A stretch of 64,000 nucleotides of DNA from Deltaproteobacteria bacterium (lineage in GTDB: Bacteria; Myxococcota; Kuafuiibacteriia; Kuafuiibacteriales; Kuafuiibacteriaceae): positions 64,001 to 128,000 of the forward strand of contig JAVJQW010000015.1 in assembly GCA_040218735.1 (NCBI GenBank). The letters are read 5' to 3'. A model generated the notes under the pieces. The model was not told the origin of the DNA and ran no database searches. It was given only the letters and a program-made list of their open reading frames with translations. Made by a program: the position numbers and the translations under genes. Positions 1 to 9,695 of the stretch are shown piece by piece; the first letter of the stretch is position 1; every line of letters begins with the position of its first letter.

Positions 1-795
1 CCACGCGGCCGTGCTCAGCCGGAGGCGAACGTTGGACCAGTCCTCCCCGGTGTTCTGACGGACGAGCGCCGAAACGGCGAGCTCGGCGTCGGTCAGCGTG
101 CGGTCCAGCCGCAGCACGTAGGACGGCGCCCAGCGCGCACCCGGGACGCGGTACTCGACGAACACCTGCGCGGTCTTCGCGGTCGAGCCCTCGGCGAAGG
201 TGAGCACCACGGTCTTGCGCAGCTCGTGCGGGCGCGCCTCGCGTTCGGTGGTCGCGCGTCGGCGTTGGTCCTCGATCTTCGCGAGTGCCTCCTGCGCATC
301 CTCGAGTGCGTCGGTCGCGGCGAACAGCTCGGCGTCCAGATCGGCGACGACCTGTTCGCGGAGCTCGACGAGGGCAAACCGCGAAGCGCGCGGCGAGGTG
401 ATCGGTGCGTGACCCACCTCGGGCGTTGGCCGCGCTGCGACTTGGACCTTCTTGATCTGGTTCTTGCGCGTGTGCAGCCGGCGGACGAGCGCCTCGGCCT
501 TCTCGACTGTGGTGCGTGCGGCGTCGAGCGCCTCGTCGCTGGGCGCGCGGGTGTCGTCGTCGGCGTTGGGGGCTTCGAGCTCGACGGCGACGTCGGTGGC
601 GAGCGGGGCGTCCCCGTCTTCGGCGGCGACGCGGACGCGGACGGAGCTGTCGTCGAGGGCGAGTGGCAGGCCGGCGAGGCGGACGCGCTCGGGGAAGCGG
701 CCTTGGTCGGAGGAGAGGGTGGCGACGCGGGTCACACTGGCCCCGCGGGTGAACACGGTGACGGCGTCGATGCGGGAGTCGATGGCGGTGGTCAT
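1..795 (-). CDS. DUF4140/DUF4139 (mucoidy inhibitor MuiA-like) protein, runs off the window edge
   Basis: Manual minus-strand translation from ATG at 795: MTTAIDSRIDAVTVFTRGASVTRVA...LPLALDDSSVRV, a coiled coil, then EYRVPGARWAPSYVLRLD...QNTGEDWSNVRLRLST. These are typical family motifs. Not in the ORF track because it is open-ended. Confidence 0.8.
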   Translation of the reverse strand, partial: MTTAIDSRIDAVTVFTRGASVTRVATLSSDQGRFPERVRLAGLPLALDDSSVRVRVAAEDGDAPLATDVAVELEAPNADDDTRAPSDEALDAARTTVEKAEALVRRLHTRKNQIKKVQVAARPTPEVGHAPITSPRASRFALVELREQVVADLDAELFAATDALEDAQEALAKIEDQRRRATTEREARPHELRKTVVLTFAEGSTAKTAQVFVEYRVPGARWAPSYVLRLDRTLTDAELAVSALVRQNTGEDWSNVRLRLSTAAW

Positions 796-811
796 GAACG
801 TTCCTTTCACC

Positions 812-869
812 GGGCCAACGCAGCGCCCGCCGCATCGGTGACACTCTTTTTTCGAAGCTCCGAAAAAAG
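812..869 (-). promoter_or_regulatory. Possible ECF-type promoter plus A/T inverted repeat upstream of the DUF4139 gene
   Basis: The minus strand reads TGTCACC-N16-CGTT, resembling ECF41-type TGTCACA-N16-CGTC. A perfect 9-bp inverted repeat is present: CTTTTTTCG (846-854) / CGAAAAAAG (861-869). Confidence 0.3.
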
Positions 870-945
870 CCTCGTGACACAGGCGCCGGCCGGACTCCGT
901 GGTGTCACGGGACGAGGAACACCCGCGAAATGGGCCGCTCCGCGT

Positions 946-961
946 TGGCACGCCGGGTGCT
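946..961 (+). promoter_or_regulatory. Putative sigma-54 (-24/-12) promoter
   Basis: TGGCACGCCGGGTGCT: GG-N10-GC with TGGCACG, just upstream of the ATG at 975. Confidence 0.55.
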
Positions 962-974
962 CTATCCCTCGGGC

Positions 975-1490
975 ATGAAGACGCTCCGCACCGCCCTGAC
1001 GCTCATCGCCCTGACCTCGTCCGCCTGCGCCGTTCAGCGCGCCTCCGTGCTCGAGGCGCCTCGGGTGGTCGTCGGCGACGAGGCCCGGTGTGTGCGCGGC
1101 AACGCCGCGGGCGCTTGTCTCGATCACGCCGAAGCCCGGGAGCTGCTCCAGGACTACGTCGCCTCCAGCGGCGTGGTCGTCGGGGCGTCGCAGGGGGCCG
1201 ACTTGGTGGTGGACCTCCCGGCGAGCGCCCGGTCGCTGGCGCTGCGCGTCATGGGCACGGCGCGCTACGCGGTCGAGTACCGCGGGGCCGCGAACGAAGT
1301 GCTCCGCACGGAGCGCGGCGTCCTGTTCGGGTCGCCGGATCGGGCGAGCGAGCAGACGATCGCCCTCGCGCCGGACCTGCGCGCGGACGCCATCCTCGTC
1401 CGCTTCAGCACGGATCTCGGCGACGAAGCGCAGCTCTACGCGCTGACCTACGACCGCGCGGCCGCGTCCCCCGCCGTCGCGGGCCGCTGA
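975..1490 (+). CDS. Hypothetical lipoprotein
   Basis: MKTLRTALTLIALTSSAC signal peptide/lipobox; codon usage typical of the window. Confidence 0.7.
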   Translation: MKTLRTALTLIALTSSACAVQRASVLEAPRVVVGDEARCVRGNAAGACLDHAEARELLQDYVASSGVVVGASQGADLVVDLPASARSLALRVMGTARYAVEYRGAANEVLRTERGVLFGSPDRASEQTIALAPDLRADAILVRFSTDLGDEAQLYALTYDRAAASPAVAGR

Positions 1491-1557
1491 GGGTTTCGAC
1501 AGACCGGTCGGACGACGGTCCGTTGACCCCGCATGCTCCCCCCTCTTTGTTGTCCTC

Positions 1558-3543
1558 GTGCGCTACGTCTTCCCCCTCGCGCTCCCTCTGTTGTTCGCGT
1601 GCTCCGGCGCGCCGTTCGTCGAGCGCTCTACGCAGGTCGTCTTCGACCCCGACGATCGCGAGTTCTGGTCGCTCCCCATGCCGAGTGACCTGCGGCGCGA
1701 AGCCGACGGGACCTACGACCTCGACAAGTGGCCCGCCTCCCGCGAGTCGGATCTGCTGCAGGACTGGATGAAGGTCGCGAACCGTCGGATGCGCGACGGG
1801 TGGGGGGTCAGCTCGGCGGTCTTCGTCCCGCTCTCCGGCCCGATCGACGAATCGACGCTCCCCGCCTCGCCCGCCGCCGCGATGGAGAAGGACGCGAGTG
1901 TGTTCCTCCTCGACATCGACCCGGCCTCCCCCGAGCGCGGTCGTCGCTTCCCCGTCGAAGTGAAGATCCTGGAGCAGGTCGACATCTACACCCCCGAGAA
2001 CCTGCTCGCGGCGACGCCGGTCTTCGGGTTCGTGCGCCGCACCTCCACGAACTACGCGTTGATCGTCACCACCGCCGTGCTCGATGCGAGCGGTGCGCCG
2101 ATCGGTCGCAGCGAGAAGCTGCACGAGCTGCTGGAAGAAGACGATCACTTCGAGCCGCTGCGCGCTGCGCTCGAGCACGAAGGCATCCCGCGCGAGGACG
2201 TCGCGGGCGTCGCGATGTTCCGGACGTTCGATCACAACGCGACGATGCGCGAGCTCGTCGACTGGCGGCGCGCCAACTTCCCTGCGGAGCTGAAGACCGC
2301 GTGGACCGTCGAGCAGGAGTACGACAGCTACCAGGTGCTGCGCGCGACGTTCGACGTGCCGGTCATCCAGACCGGCGTGCGCCCGTATCGCGATCAGGGC
2401 GAGGGGCTCATCAAGCGCGACGCGAACGGGGAGCCGGAGCTCGTCGAGACCCAGGAGGTGCGGTTGATCCTCGCGCTCCCCAAGGCGCCGCAGCCGCGCG
2501 ACGGCTGGCCGCTCCTCATGTACATGCACGGGTCGGGCGGCGAGGCCGAGCAGTTCCTCAACCGCGGCTCGCTCGACGAGAACGTCCCGCGCAGCGAGCA
2601 GCCCGCGCCGCGCCGCGGCTCTGGGCCGGCGGAGTACCTCGCGCAGCGCGGTGTCGCTTCGCTCGGGATGGACTTCGGGCTGCACGGCGAGCGGCACAGC
2701 CCGCCGGACACCACGGGGCTTGTCTTCTACAACCTGTTCGGCAACATCGACGCGACGCTCGACAACTTCACGATCGCGATCATGGAGCTGGAGATGATCT
2801 CCGAGATCGTCGACGGCGTGACGATCGATCCTGCGGTCGCCTCGACGCTCGACGCGGGTGACTCCCCGGACGGGCTCATTCGCTTCGACCCCGAACGCCT
2901 CACGGCGATGGGACAGTCGATGGGCACGACGCTCGGCGTCCCGTGGGCGGGCATCGATCCCCGCCTCGACGGCATCATCTTCTCCGGCGCGGGCGGCATC
3001 CTGGTAGAGATCGCGGTGACGGCGGTGGAGCCGGTCGCTTTGAAGGGGCTCGTCGAGCTGTCGTTCGGGCTGCGCGACGGTCCCGAGATTCACCTCTCCC
3101 ACCCTGCGCTGCACGCGGCGCAGAACCTGTGGGACTTCGTCGATCCGATCGCCAAGGCGCCGCACGTCGTCCTCGATCCGGCGCCAGGGTCGAAGCCCAA
3201 ACACGTGCTGATGACGGCCGGCGTACGCGACGGTTACTTCCACCCGCGCTCCCAGGCGGCGATGGCGGTGGCGTTGGGTGTGCCGCTCGCGGGTGACGAG
3301 GTCGAGCCGATCCTGCCCGGCGCGCTCGAGCTCGCCGGGCGTGCGCCGGTGTCGCTCCCGGTCAGCGGCAACATGGACGTGACGGCGGCGGTCCTGCAGT
3401 ACGAAGCCCCGAACACCAACGGGCACTACGTCGTGTTCAACCAGGCGGGCGCGCGTCACCAGTACACGTGTTTCGCCGCCTCGGTGGGCGCGGACGGCGC
3501 GACGATCCCGGCCGCCGCGGACGACGAGACACCTTGCCCCTGA
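1558..3543 (+). CDS. Lipoprotein alpha/beta-hydrolase (lipase/esterase-like) with N-terminal Ig-like region
   Basis: Lipobox LLFAC; HGSGG oxyanion-like motif; nucleophile elbow GQSMG; C-terminal GHY. Confidence 0.7.
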   Translation: MRYVFPLALPLLFACSGAPFVERSTQVVFDPDDREFWSLPMPSDLRREADGTYDLDKWPASRESDLLQDWMKVANRRMRDGWGVSSAVFVPLSGPIDESTLPASPAAAMEKDASVFLLDIDPASPERGRRFPVEVKILEQVDIYTPENLLAATPVFGFVRRTSTNYALIVTTAVLDASGAPIGRSEKLHELLEEDDHFEPLRAALEHEGIPREDVAGVAMFRTFDHNATMRELVDWRRANFPAELKTAWTVEQEYDSYQVLRATFDVPVIQTGVRPYRDQGEGLIKRDANGEPELVETQEVRLILALPKAPQPRDGWPLLMYMHGSGGEAEQFLNRGSLDENVPRSEQPAPRRGSGPAEYLAQRGVASLGMDFGLHGERHSPPDTTGLVFYNLFGNIDATLDNFTIAIMELEMISEIVDGVTIDPAVASTLDAGDSPDGLIRFDPERLTAMGQSMGTTLGVPWAGIDPRLDGIIFSGAGGILVEIAVTAVEPVALKGLVELSFGLRDGPEIHLSHPALHAAQNLWDFVDPIAKAPHVVLDPAPGSKPKHVLMTAGVRDGYFHPRSQAAMAVALGVPLAGDEVEPILPGALELAGRAPVSLPVSGNMDVTAAVLQYEAPNTNGHYVVFNQAGARHQYTCFAASVGADGATIPAAADDETPCP

Positions 3544-3571
3544 GGGGCCCGCGCAGTACTCCGAGCCCACG

Positions 3572-5461
3572 ATGTGGGCGGCGCTGGCTACGATTCTCCT
3601 CGCGTCCGCCGCTCCACCGGATCGGGTGACGATCCTTCACACGAACGACTGGCAGAGCAGCCTCACCGGCACCGGTCCAGATGGAGCCTTCACGCCCGAG
3701 ACCACCGGTGACGATCCGACGCTGGGCGGCGTCGCGCGGCTCGCTACGTTGATCGATCGCTTGCGCACCGAGCGCTCGAAGGTGGGCCCGGTGCTGCTGC
3801 TCGACGGCGGCGACGTCACGATGGGCACGCTCTATCACACCGTCACGCGCGAGACGGGTTCGGAGCTGAGGCTGATGAAGGTGCTCGGCTACGACGCAGT
3901 CACCCTCGGCAACCACGAGTTCGACTTTCGCTTGAATGGATTCGGTCAGATGATCGCCGCGGCGAAGAAGGAGGGGCTCCCGCCGATCGTCGCGAGTAAC
4001 ATCGACCTCGAACGCGCGCATCCCGACCTGGAGATCATGCGGAAGCTCTACGCCGACGGCGTCATCGAGAAGACGCGCATCGTCGAGCGCGACGGGTTGC
4101 GGGTGGGCTTCGCGGGCGTGCTCGGGGTCGCGGCGAACGAGGTCATGGAGCACGACACCCCGATCCACGTGCTGCCGTTGGTGTCGTCCACGAAGCAGGT
4201 CGTGGAGCGCCTCCGCGGGGAGGGCGTAGACCTCGTCGTGGTGCTCTCCCACAGCGGTGTGAAGAAGGTCGGCGACGGCTGGGGCGGGGAAGAGGTCGAG
4301 CTGATGCGCGGCGTCCCGGGCATCGACGTGATCGTCGGTGGGCACAGCCACACCGCGCTGCCCGAGCCGATCCTCATCGACGGCCGCCCGATCGTGCAGG
4401 CCGGGAGTGACACGCAGTGGCTCGGGGAGCTCGCGTTGGTGCGTGACGGTGAGCGGTGGCGCGTCGAACGCTACGAGCTTCACACGATCGACGACTCGAT
4501 CCTCGGGCGCACGGACGTCACGGCGCGGATCGATGACGTGAAACGCGAGGTCGACGCTCGCATCCTCGCGCCGCTCGGCTACCGATTCGATCAGGTGGTC
4601 GGGGAGGTGACGAAGCACCACGGGCGTGGCTTCGACGAACACGTCATCGGCAACCTCGTCACGGACGCGATGCGCTCGGCGACGGGCGCCGACGTGGCCG
4701 TGACCGGCACCGGGACGCTGCGGGCCGATCTGAAGCCCGGCGAGCTGCGGGTGTCGGACGTCTTCCGCGTCTCGGGGCTCGGCGTCGGGACACTCGACGA
4801 CACGGCGGGCTTCCCGCTGGTGAAGCTGTACGTCGACGGGCCGAGTTTGAAGAGTGTGTTGGAGTTCCTGCTGGTCGGCTACACGATCAAGGGCGGCGAC
4901 TACTACCCGCGCTTCTCGGGTCTACGCGTGCACTACAACCCGTGGCGGGTGCCCTTCGATCGAATCCGCGAGGTCGAGCTCGTGCGCGACGACGGGTCGA
5001 CGTCCGTGGTGGATCTCTCCGACCCGAACACGCGCGTCACGATCGGCACGACGACCTACGTCGCGGAGTTCTTTCCGATCGTCTCGGAGCTCTCCTACGG
5101 GCTGCTCGACGCCCAGATCCTCGACGCGCATGACGAGGTGCTGTCGGTGGACGACCTCACGGGGGTTCTCGTCGATGGGTCCACGGTGGCGGGCGTCCAG
5201 GAGCTGAAGGACTGGCGCGCGCTCGTCGACTACGTCGCGTCGCGGCCGGACACCGACGGCGACGGCGTCCCGAACGTCCCGGAGACCGGCGACGCCGCCG
5301 CGCCCCGCCTCCTCGCGGAGCCCTCCTTCGCGCCCGCCGCGCTCTTCGCGACCGCGACGTGGCGAATGTGGACCGCGACGCTGGTCGTGGCGCTGTTCGG
5401 GCTCGTCGTCGCGCTCGTGATCCGGCGTGGACTGCGCGCCTTGACGCGACGCTCGGGTTGA
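3572..5461 (+). CDS. Bifunctional metallophosphatase/5'-nucleotidase with C-terminal TM anchor
   Basis: ILHTNDWQS, LLLDGGD, TLGNHEFD, LSHSG and IVGGHSH motifs; signal peptide; C-terminal hydrophobic helix. Confidence 0.88.
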   Translation: MWAALATILLASAAPPDRVTILHTNDWQSSLTGTGPDGAFTPETTGDDPTLGGVARLATLIDRLRTERSKVGPVLLLDGGDVTMGTLYHTVTRETGSELRLMKVLGYDAVTLGNHEFDFRLNGFGQMIAAAKKEGLPPIVASNIDLERAHPDLEIMRKLYADGVIEKTRIVERDGLRVGFAGVLGVAANEVMEHDTPIHVLPLVSSTKQVVERLRGEGVDLVVVLSHSGVKKVGDGWGGEEVELMRGVPGIDVIVGGHSHTALPEPILIDGRPIVQAGSDTQWLGELALVRDGERWRVERYELHTIDDSILGRTDVTARIDDVKREVDARILAPLGYRFDQVVGEVTKHHGRGFDEHVIGNLVTDAMRSATGADVAVTGTGTLRADLKPGELRVSDVFRVSGLGVGTLDDTAGFPLVKLYVDGPSLKSVLEFLLVGYTIKGGDYYPRFSGLRVHYNPWRVPFDRIREVELVRDDGSTSVVDLSDPNTRVTIGTTTYVAEFFPIVSELSYGLLDAQILDAHDEVLSVDDLTGVLVDGSTVAGVQELKDWRALVDYVASRPDTDGDGVPNVPETGDAAAPRLLAEPSFAPAALFATATWRMWTATLVVALFGLVVALVIRRGLRALTRRSG

Positions 5462-5475
5462 ACGACCGAAGGGGT

Positions 5476-6957
5476 GTGGGCCTCACGCGTCGCACGCTCC
5501 TCAAGAGCTCCCTGATCGCCGCGGCCGGCTGCCGGACGGTGTGGCCGACGCCGGCGGACGTCGCGGCCCACGCGATGGTCGGTGACGTCTCGGCGGATCG
5601 CGCCGTCGTGTGGACGCGCGCCGCGCGGCCCGGTCGAATGATCGTGGAGTGGTCGACGCGTGCCGACTTCTCCGATGCACGCCGCACCGAAGGAGGCGTC
5701 GCATCGCCCGCGACGGGTCTCTGCGCGAAGGCCCGCCTCGAGGCGCTCCCCGCGGGGGCCGATCTGTTCTACCGGACGCGGGTCGAAGATTCACCGTGGG
5801 TGCAAGGCAGGTTGCGGACGGCGCCGCTCGACGATCGTCCGGTGCGGTTCGGCTTCGGCGGCGACACGGTCGGGCAGGGGTGGGGCATCGAGCGTTCCCT
5901 CGGGCTCCCCGTGTACCGGCGGATGCTCGACGAGCGCTTCGACTTCTTCGTGCACTCCGGAGACTTCGTGTACGCGGACCAGCCCGTCGCGTCGGAGGTC
6001 ACGCTCCCCGACGGGACGCCGTGGCGGAACGTCGTGACCGAGGCGAAGTCGAAGGTCGCGGAGTCGCTCGATGAGTTTCGCGGGCAGTATCTGTACAACC
6101 TCCTCGACGATGACTACGCGCGGTTTCACCGTGAGGTGCCGCTCATCGCGCAGTGGGACGATCACGAGGCCAAGAACAACTGGTACCCGGGTCGAAGGAT
6201 CGAGGACGAGAGGTACCGAGAGCGCTCGGCGGACGTCCTCGCGGCGCGCGCGCGGCGGGCGTTCGTGGAGCACACGCCGCTCGCGTGGATGCCGGACGAG
6301 GACGGTCGCATCTACCGGCGTGTCCCGTACGGTCCGCACCTCGAGGTCTTCGTGTTGGACGCTCGAACCTACCGCGGGGCGAACACGAACAACCGGAGCC
6401 CGACGGGTGAGGCGTTCCTCGGTGCGGCGCAGGCGGACTGGCTGATCGAAGGGCTCCGTTCGTCGAGGGCAACGTGGAAGATCGTGGCCTCGGACATGCC
6501 GCTCGCGCTGGTCGTCACCGACGGGGACGACTACGAGGCCGTCGCCAACGGCGAGGCGGGGCCGCCGCTCGGGCGTGAGGTCGAGATCGCGCGGGTGCTG
6601 ACATCGACGAAGGCGGTGCCGAACGTCGTGTGGATCACCGCGGACGTTCACTTCGCGGCGGCGCATCACTTCGCGCCCGAGCGGGCGGCGAAGGACGTCG
6701 ACTTCCGCCCGTTCTGGGAGATCGTCGCGGGGCCGCTGCACGCCGGGACGTTCGGCCCCAACGCGCTGGATCCTACGTTCGGTCCCGAGCGTGTTTTCCA
6801 GTCGACCGACGCGAGCGTCGTGAACGCGCCACCGTCGGCGGGTCTACAGTTCTACGGGGTGGGTTCTGTCGCGCGCGACCGCGCGCTGACACTGCAGCTC
6901 GTGAACGCCGCGGGAGAAGTGGTGTTCGAGCGCCGCTTAGAGCATGAGGCGGAGTGA
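5476..6957 (+). CDS. phoD: Alkaline phosphatase D (PhoD family), Tat-exported
   Basis: Tat motif LTRRTLLK after GTG at 5476; HSGDFVYAD, QWDDHE, LDARTYR and ITADVH motifs. Confidence 0.88.
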   Translation: MGLTRRTLLKSSLIAAAGCRTVWPTPADVAAHAMVGDVSADRAVVWTRAARPGRMIVEWSTRADFSDARRTEGGVASPATGLCAKARLEALPAGADLFYRTRVEDSPWVQGRLRTAPLDDRPVRFGFGGDTVGQGWGIERSLGLPVYRRMLDERFDFFVHSGDFVYADQPVASEVTLPDGTPWRNVVTEAKSKVAESLDEFRGQYLYNLLDDDYARFHREVPLIAQWDDHEAKNNWYPGRRIEDERYRERSADVLAARARRAFVEHTPLAWMPDEDGRIYRRVPYGPHLEVFVLDARTYRGANTNNRSPTGEAFLGAAQADWLIEGLRSSRATWKIVASDMPLALVVTDGDDYEAVANGEAGPPLGREVEIARVLTSTKAVPNVVWITADVHFAAAHHFAPERAAKDVDFRPFWEIVAGPLHAGTFGPNALDPTFGPERVFQSTDASVVNAPPSAGLQFYGVGSVARDRALTLQLVNAAGEVVFERRLEHEAE

Positions 6958-8280
6958 GCCGATGAAGCTGTGGCTCGTGAGTAGGTTCACGAGGTCTTCG
7001 TCTTCGGCGGTGACCTTCGAATAACCCCACCGCAGGCCGGCCGAGACGGAGCGCTCCCAGAGCCAGTACGTCACGCCGAAGTTCGCGTACTGGGCGAACA
7101 GTGCGTTGTCGACGGTGGCTTCGGATCGTACCCAGTAGAACTGACCGCCGGCCGACAGGTTCCGGAAGGTGTAGTCGGCGCCCGCCGCGAAGACCATCCC
7201 CTTGAAGTCGTTGTCGAGGCGCGCGGCCGCGTTGGTGACGTCGATCTGCTGGTTCGACCGCATCGAGGCGGAGACGAACACCCGCACCATCTCGTTCAGG
7301 AGCTTGGCCTGCGCCGTGGCTCTGAGGTTGTACCCGCGGAGCTGCTTGTCCTCGTCGTTCGCGAGGTTGATGTCGACGTCGTAGAGCTGGGCCGCGACCT
7401 TCACGTCGAAGTAATCGTGTTCGTAGCTCAGCGACGGCGAGAACAGCACGAGGTGGATGTCCGAGCCCGGGATGCCGTTGGCGAGCGCGCGGAGCGGAGC
7501 GCTGAAGAGGGTTCCGAGTGTGCTGACCTGACCGCCGAACCCGAACGCGAGACTGGTCGTCAGTGGGTTGCCGCCCGTGAAGGAGAGGCCGCCGGTCAGG
7601 CCCCACCGTGAGTAGCGGAGCAAGACACCTTGCCCCTGGTTGAAGCCCGACGCGAGCAGCGGATCGCGCACGTAGGGATCCATGCCGAACATGTCGAGTG
7701 TGTTGTCGGAGATGAAGTCGATGCTCGCCGGATCCGGGACGATGCCGGCCGAGAGGTTCAGGCCCCATCGCTCGAGTCGGATGTAGTTCTCGCGCGCTTG
7801 GAGCGACGCGGTGCCCTCCCAGACGCTGGTGCCGACCGGACCGTTGCGCGACAGCGAGAAGCCGACGTTGCGCTCGAAGACGGAGCGGAAGCTGATCCAG
7901 TCCGTGATGCGGCCCTCGACGCCGAAGCGGGCGAGGAGGAGGGTGCTGGTGCGTCCGGAGAGGCTGTCGTTCTCACCGCTGAGGCTCGGCACGTAGCCGA
8001 CCACCGTCGATGAGATCTGCAGGACGGGTTTGATGAAGGCGCCGATCTTCTTGTTCTCGTAGACGACGAACGCGCGCGGGACGGCTTCGGTCGCCGTCGA
8101 CAGGAGGCGCTGGTTCTCCGAGCGAGGCTCGGGCGCCGGAGGTGGAGGGGGAGGAGGTGGCGAAGACACGATCGCCGCCGTCGTGGCGGTCGAGGAGGTC
8201 CCGGCGCTCTGCGCGTCCGCGGACGTGGTCATCATCAGGGCCGCGGCGACTACGCACGCGGCGGCGATCGGCTTCGTCAT
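6937..8280 (-). CDS. Outer-membrane beta-barrel (porin-like) protein
   Basis: Signal peptide, Pro-rich linker and amphipathic beta-strands to the C-terminus; last gene of the FabH-like operon. Confidence 0.6.
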   Translation of the reverse strand: MTKPIAAACVVAAALMMTTSADAQSAGTSSTATTAAIVSSPPPPPPPPAPEPRSENQRLLSTATEAVPRAFVVYENKKIGAFIKPVLQISSTVVGYVPSLSGENDSLSGRTSTLLLARFGVEGRITDWISFRSVFERNVGFSLSRNGPVGTSVWEGTASLQARENYIRLERWGLNLSAGIVPDPASIDFISDNTLDMFGMDPYVRDPLLASGFNQGQGVLLRYSRWGLTGGLSFTGGNPLTTSLAFGFGGQVSTLGTLFSAPLRALANGIPGSDIHLVLFSPSLSYEHDYFDVKVAAQLYDVDINLANDEDKQLRGYNLRATAQAKLLNEMVRVFVSASMRSNQQIDVTNAAARLDNDFKGMVFAAGADYTFRNLSAGGQFYWVRSEATVDNALFAQYANFGVTYWLWERSVSAGLRWGYSKVTAEDEDLVNLLTSHSFIGSLRLML

Positions 8281-8303
8281 CTCTTACGTTTCCTTCTCGG
8301 GGC

Positions 8304-9695
8304 TCAGTCGGCGAGTTTGTCGAGGATCAGCTGCACGCCCGCGTTCGAGCGCGCGCTGCCGAAGTGGTTCGCGAGGAACCCGGGAGCGCCCGTGAAGAAG
8401 TAACCCGACGTGTCGTAGTCACCTAGGGTGATCAGCTCGTTCTCGACGCAGCCGCCGTTGTCGAGCGCCGACGAAGCCTCGGAGACGAACTCATCCTGCA
8501 GGTCACCGTTCGGGATGTCCTCCATCGTGACCGTCGTGTACTCGACGACGTTTCCGCCGCACTGCTCGTGCTCGCCGTAGGCGAAGTCACCGTCGGCGCA
8601 GGGCGTCGTGTACAGGTCGCCGGGGCCGTTCAGCGGGCGGCTGAAGTACGTCGGCTGGAACGCCGTGCGGTCACCCATCTCGCAGGTCACCGTGCCGCGC
8701 ATGATCTCACCGAGCACCGTCTCACACGCGGGGCCGGAGCTGACGCCGTGGTTGGCGCCGGAGAGCAGGATGACGTCCTGAAGCTGCGCGAACGGGTTCA
8801 CCGACCCCGCGGCGCCGGCCTTGTTCTCGACGTAGAGGCGACGGAGCGCGTCGCGAACGGCGGTCACACCGAGCGAGTGACCGATGACCGAAACCTTGCG
8901 GCTCGGGTTGTTGGTCATGACGGCTTTGATGAGGCTCTGCAGCGGCGGGACGATCCAGCCGTGGTCGATGTTGAGGAACGGGTTGCCGGTCATCTGGTCG
9001 GCGCTGTAGTCGCCGAGCGTCGCGACGGCGTCGACGCGCGCGTCGAACCCGATGACGCGGTAGCCGTCCGCGATGAGCTTGGTCGCGAGCTGCTCACGGA
9101 CCGCGGTGTCGACCACGACCTCGAAGCCCGCGAGGTTGGTGATCGTCGTGCCGGAGAGGGCCGCGGTGAAGTACTCCTCGAAGGAGGTCACACCCGACGA
9201 GTTGCCGTGCACGAGGATGACGATCGGCTTCGTCGTGTCCTCGTTCGCCTGCGTGTACTCCTTGGCCGCGCAGTCGTAGCCGGTGATCGCCGCGGGGCTG
9301 CCGCCGGGGACCGTCGCCTCGTTGTCCGAGACGAAGGGCTCCGACATGTTCGCGCCGTACATCGCGCGCGGCGCGCAGCCGGGGTGGTTCGCGAGGTCGT
9401 CGCGGTACTTACCGGCGAAGTCGGCCTCGAGGGTCTGGTCGCCCCCGGTCGCGGTCATCTCGCTGGCGTCTTCGATCGACCAGCCGGTGATGTCCGCGGC
9501 GAACTGCGTCTCCTTCGCGGCGACGGTCGACTTACACGCGGTCACGCGCGGGTCTTCGGTGCCGCCGTCGTTGTTCACCACGCCGCCGTCGCGGTTGGTG
9601 GTCATGTCGTCGCCACCGTCGTCGTCACCGCTACAGGCGACCGCCGTGATCGCGATGCCGGCAATGAGCCAGCGCTTGAAGTTCATCGATGTCAT
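8304..9695 (-). CDS. Lipoprotein lipase/esterase (alpha/beta hydrolase, lipase class 2-like)
   Basis: Start MTSMNFKRWLIAGIAITAVAC (lipobox) overlaps the upstream stop (ATGA); VILVHGNSS, IGHSLG and LSGANHG motifs. Confidence 0.75.
   Translation of the reverse strand: MTSMNFKRWLIAGIAITAVACSGDDDGGDDMTTNRDGGVVNNDGGTEDPRVTACKSTVAAKETQFAADITGWSIEDASEMTATGGDQTLEADFAGKYRDDLANHPGCAPRAMYGANMSEPFVSDNEATVPGGSPAAITGYDCAAKEYTQANEDTTKPIVILVHGNSSGVTSFEEYFTAALSGTTITNLAGFEVVVDTAVREQLATKLIADGYRVIGFDARVDAVATLGDYSADQMTGNPFLNIDHGWIVPPLQSLIKAVMTNNPSRKVSVIGHSLGVTAVRDALRRLYVENKAGAAGSVNPFAQLQDVILLSGANHGVSSGPACETVLGEIMRGTVTCEMGDRTAFQPTYFSRPLNGPGDLYTTPCADGDFAYGEHEQCGGNVVEYTTVTMEDIPNGDLQDEFVSEASSALDNGGCVENELITLGDYDTSGYFFTGAPGFLANHFGSARSNAGVQLILDKLAD

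Noticed and set aside
1405-3570. Long antisense ORFs (also 16024-17595, 23297-25135, 37494-39443, 49393-51048 and others)
   Set aside because: Shadow ORFs of real high-GC genes on the opposite strand; Arg/Ala-rich with no motifs.
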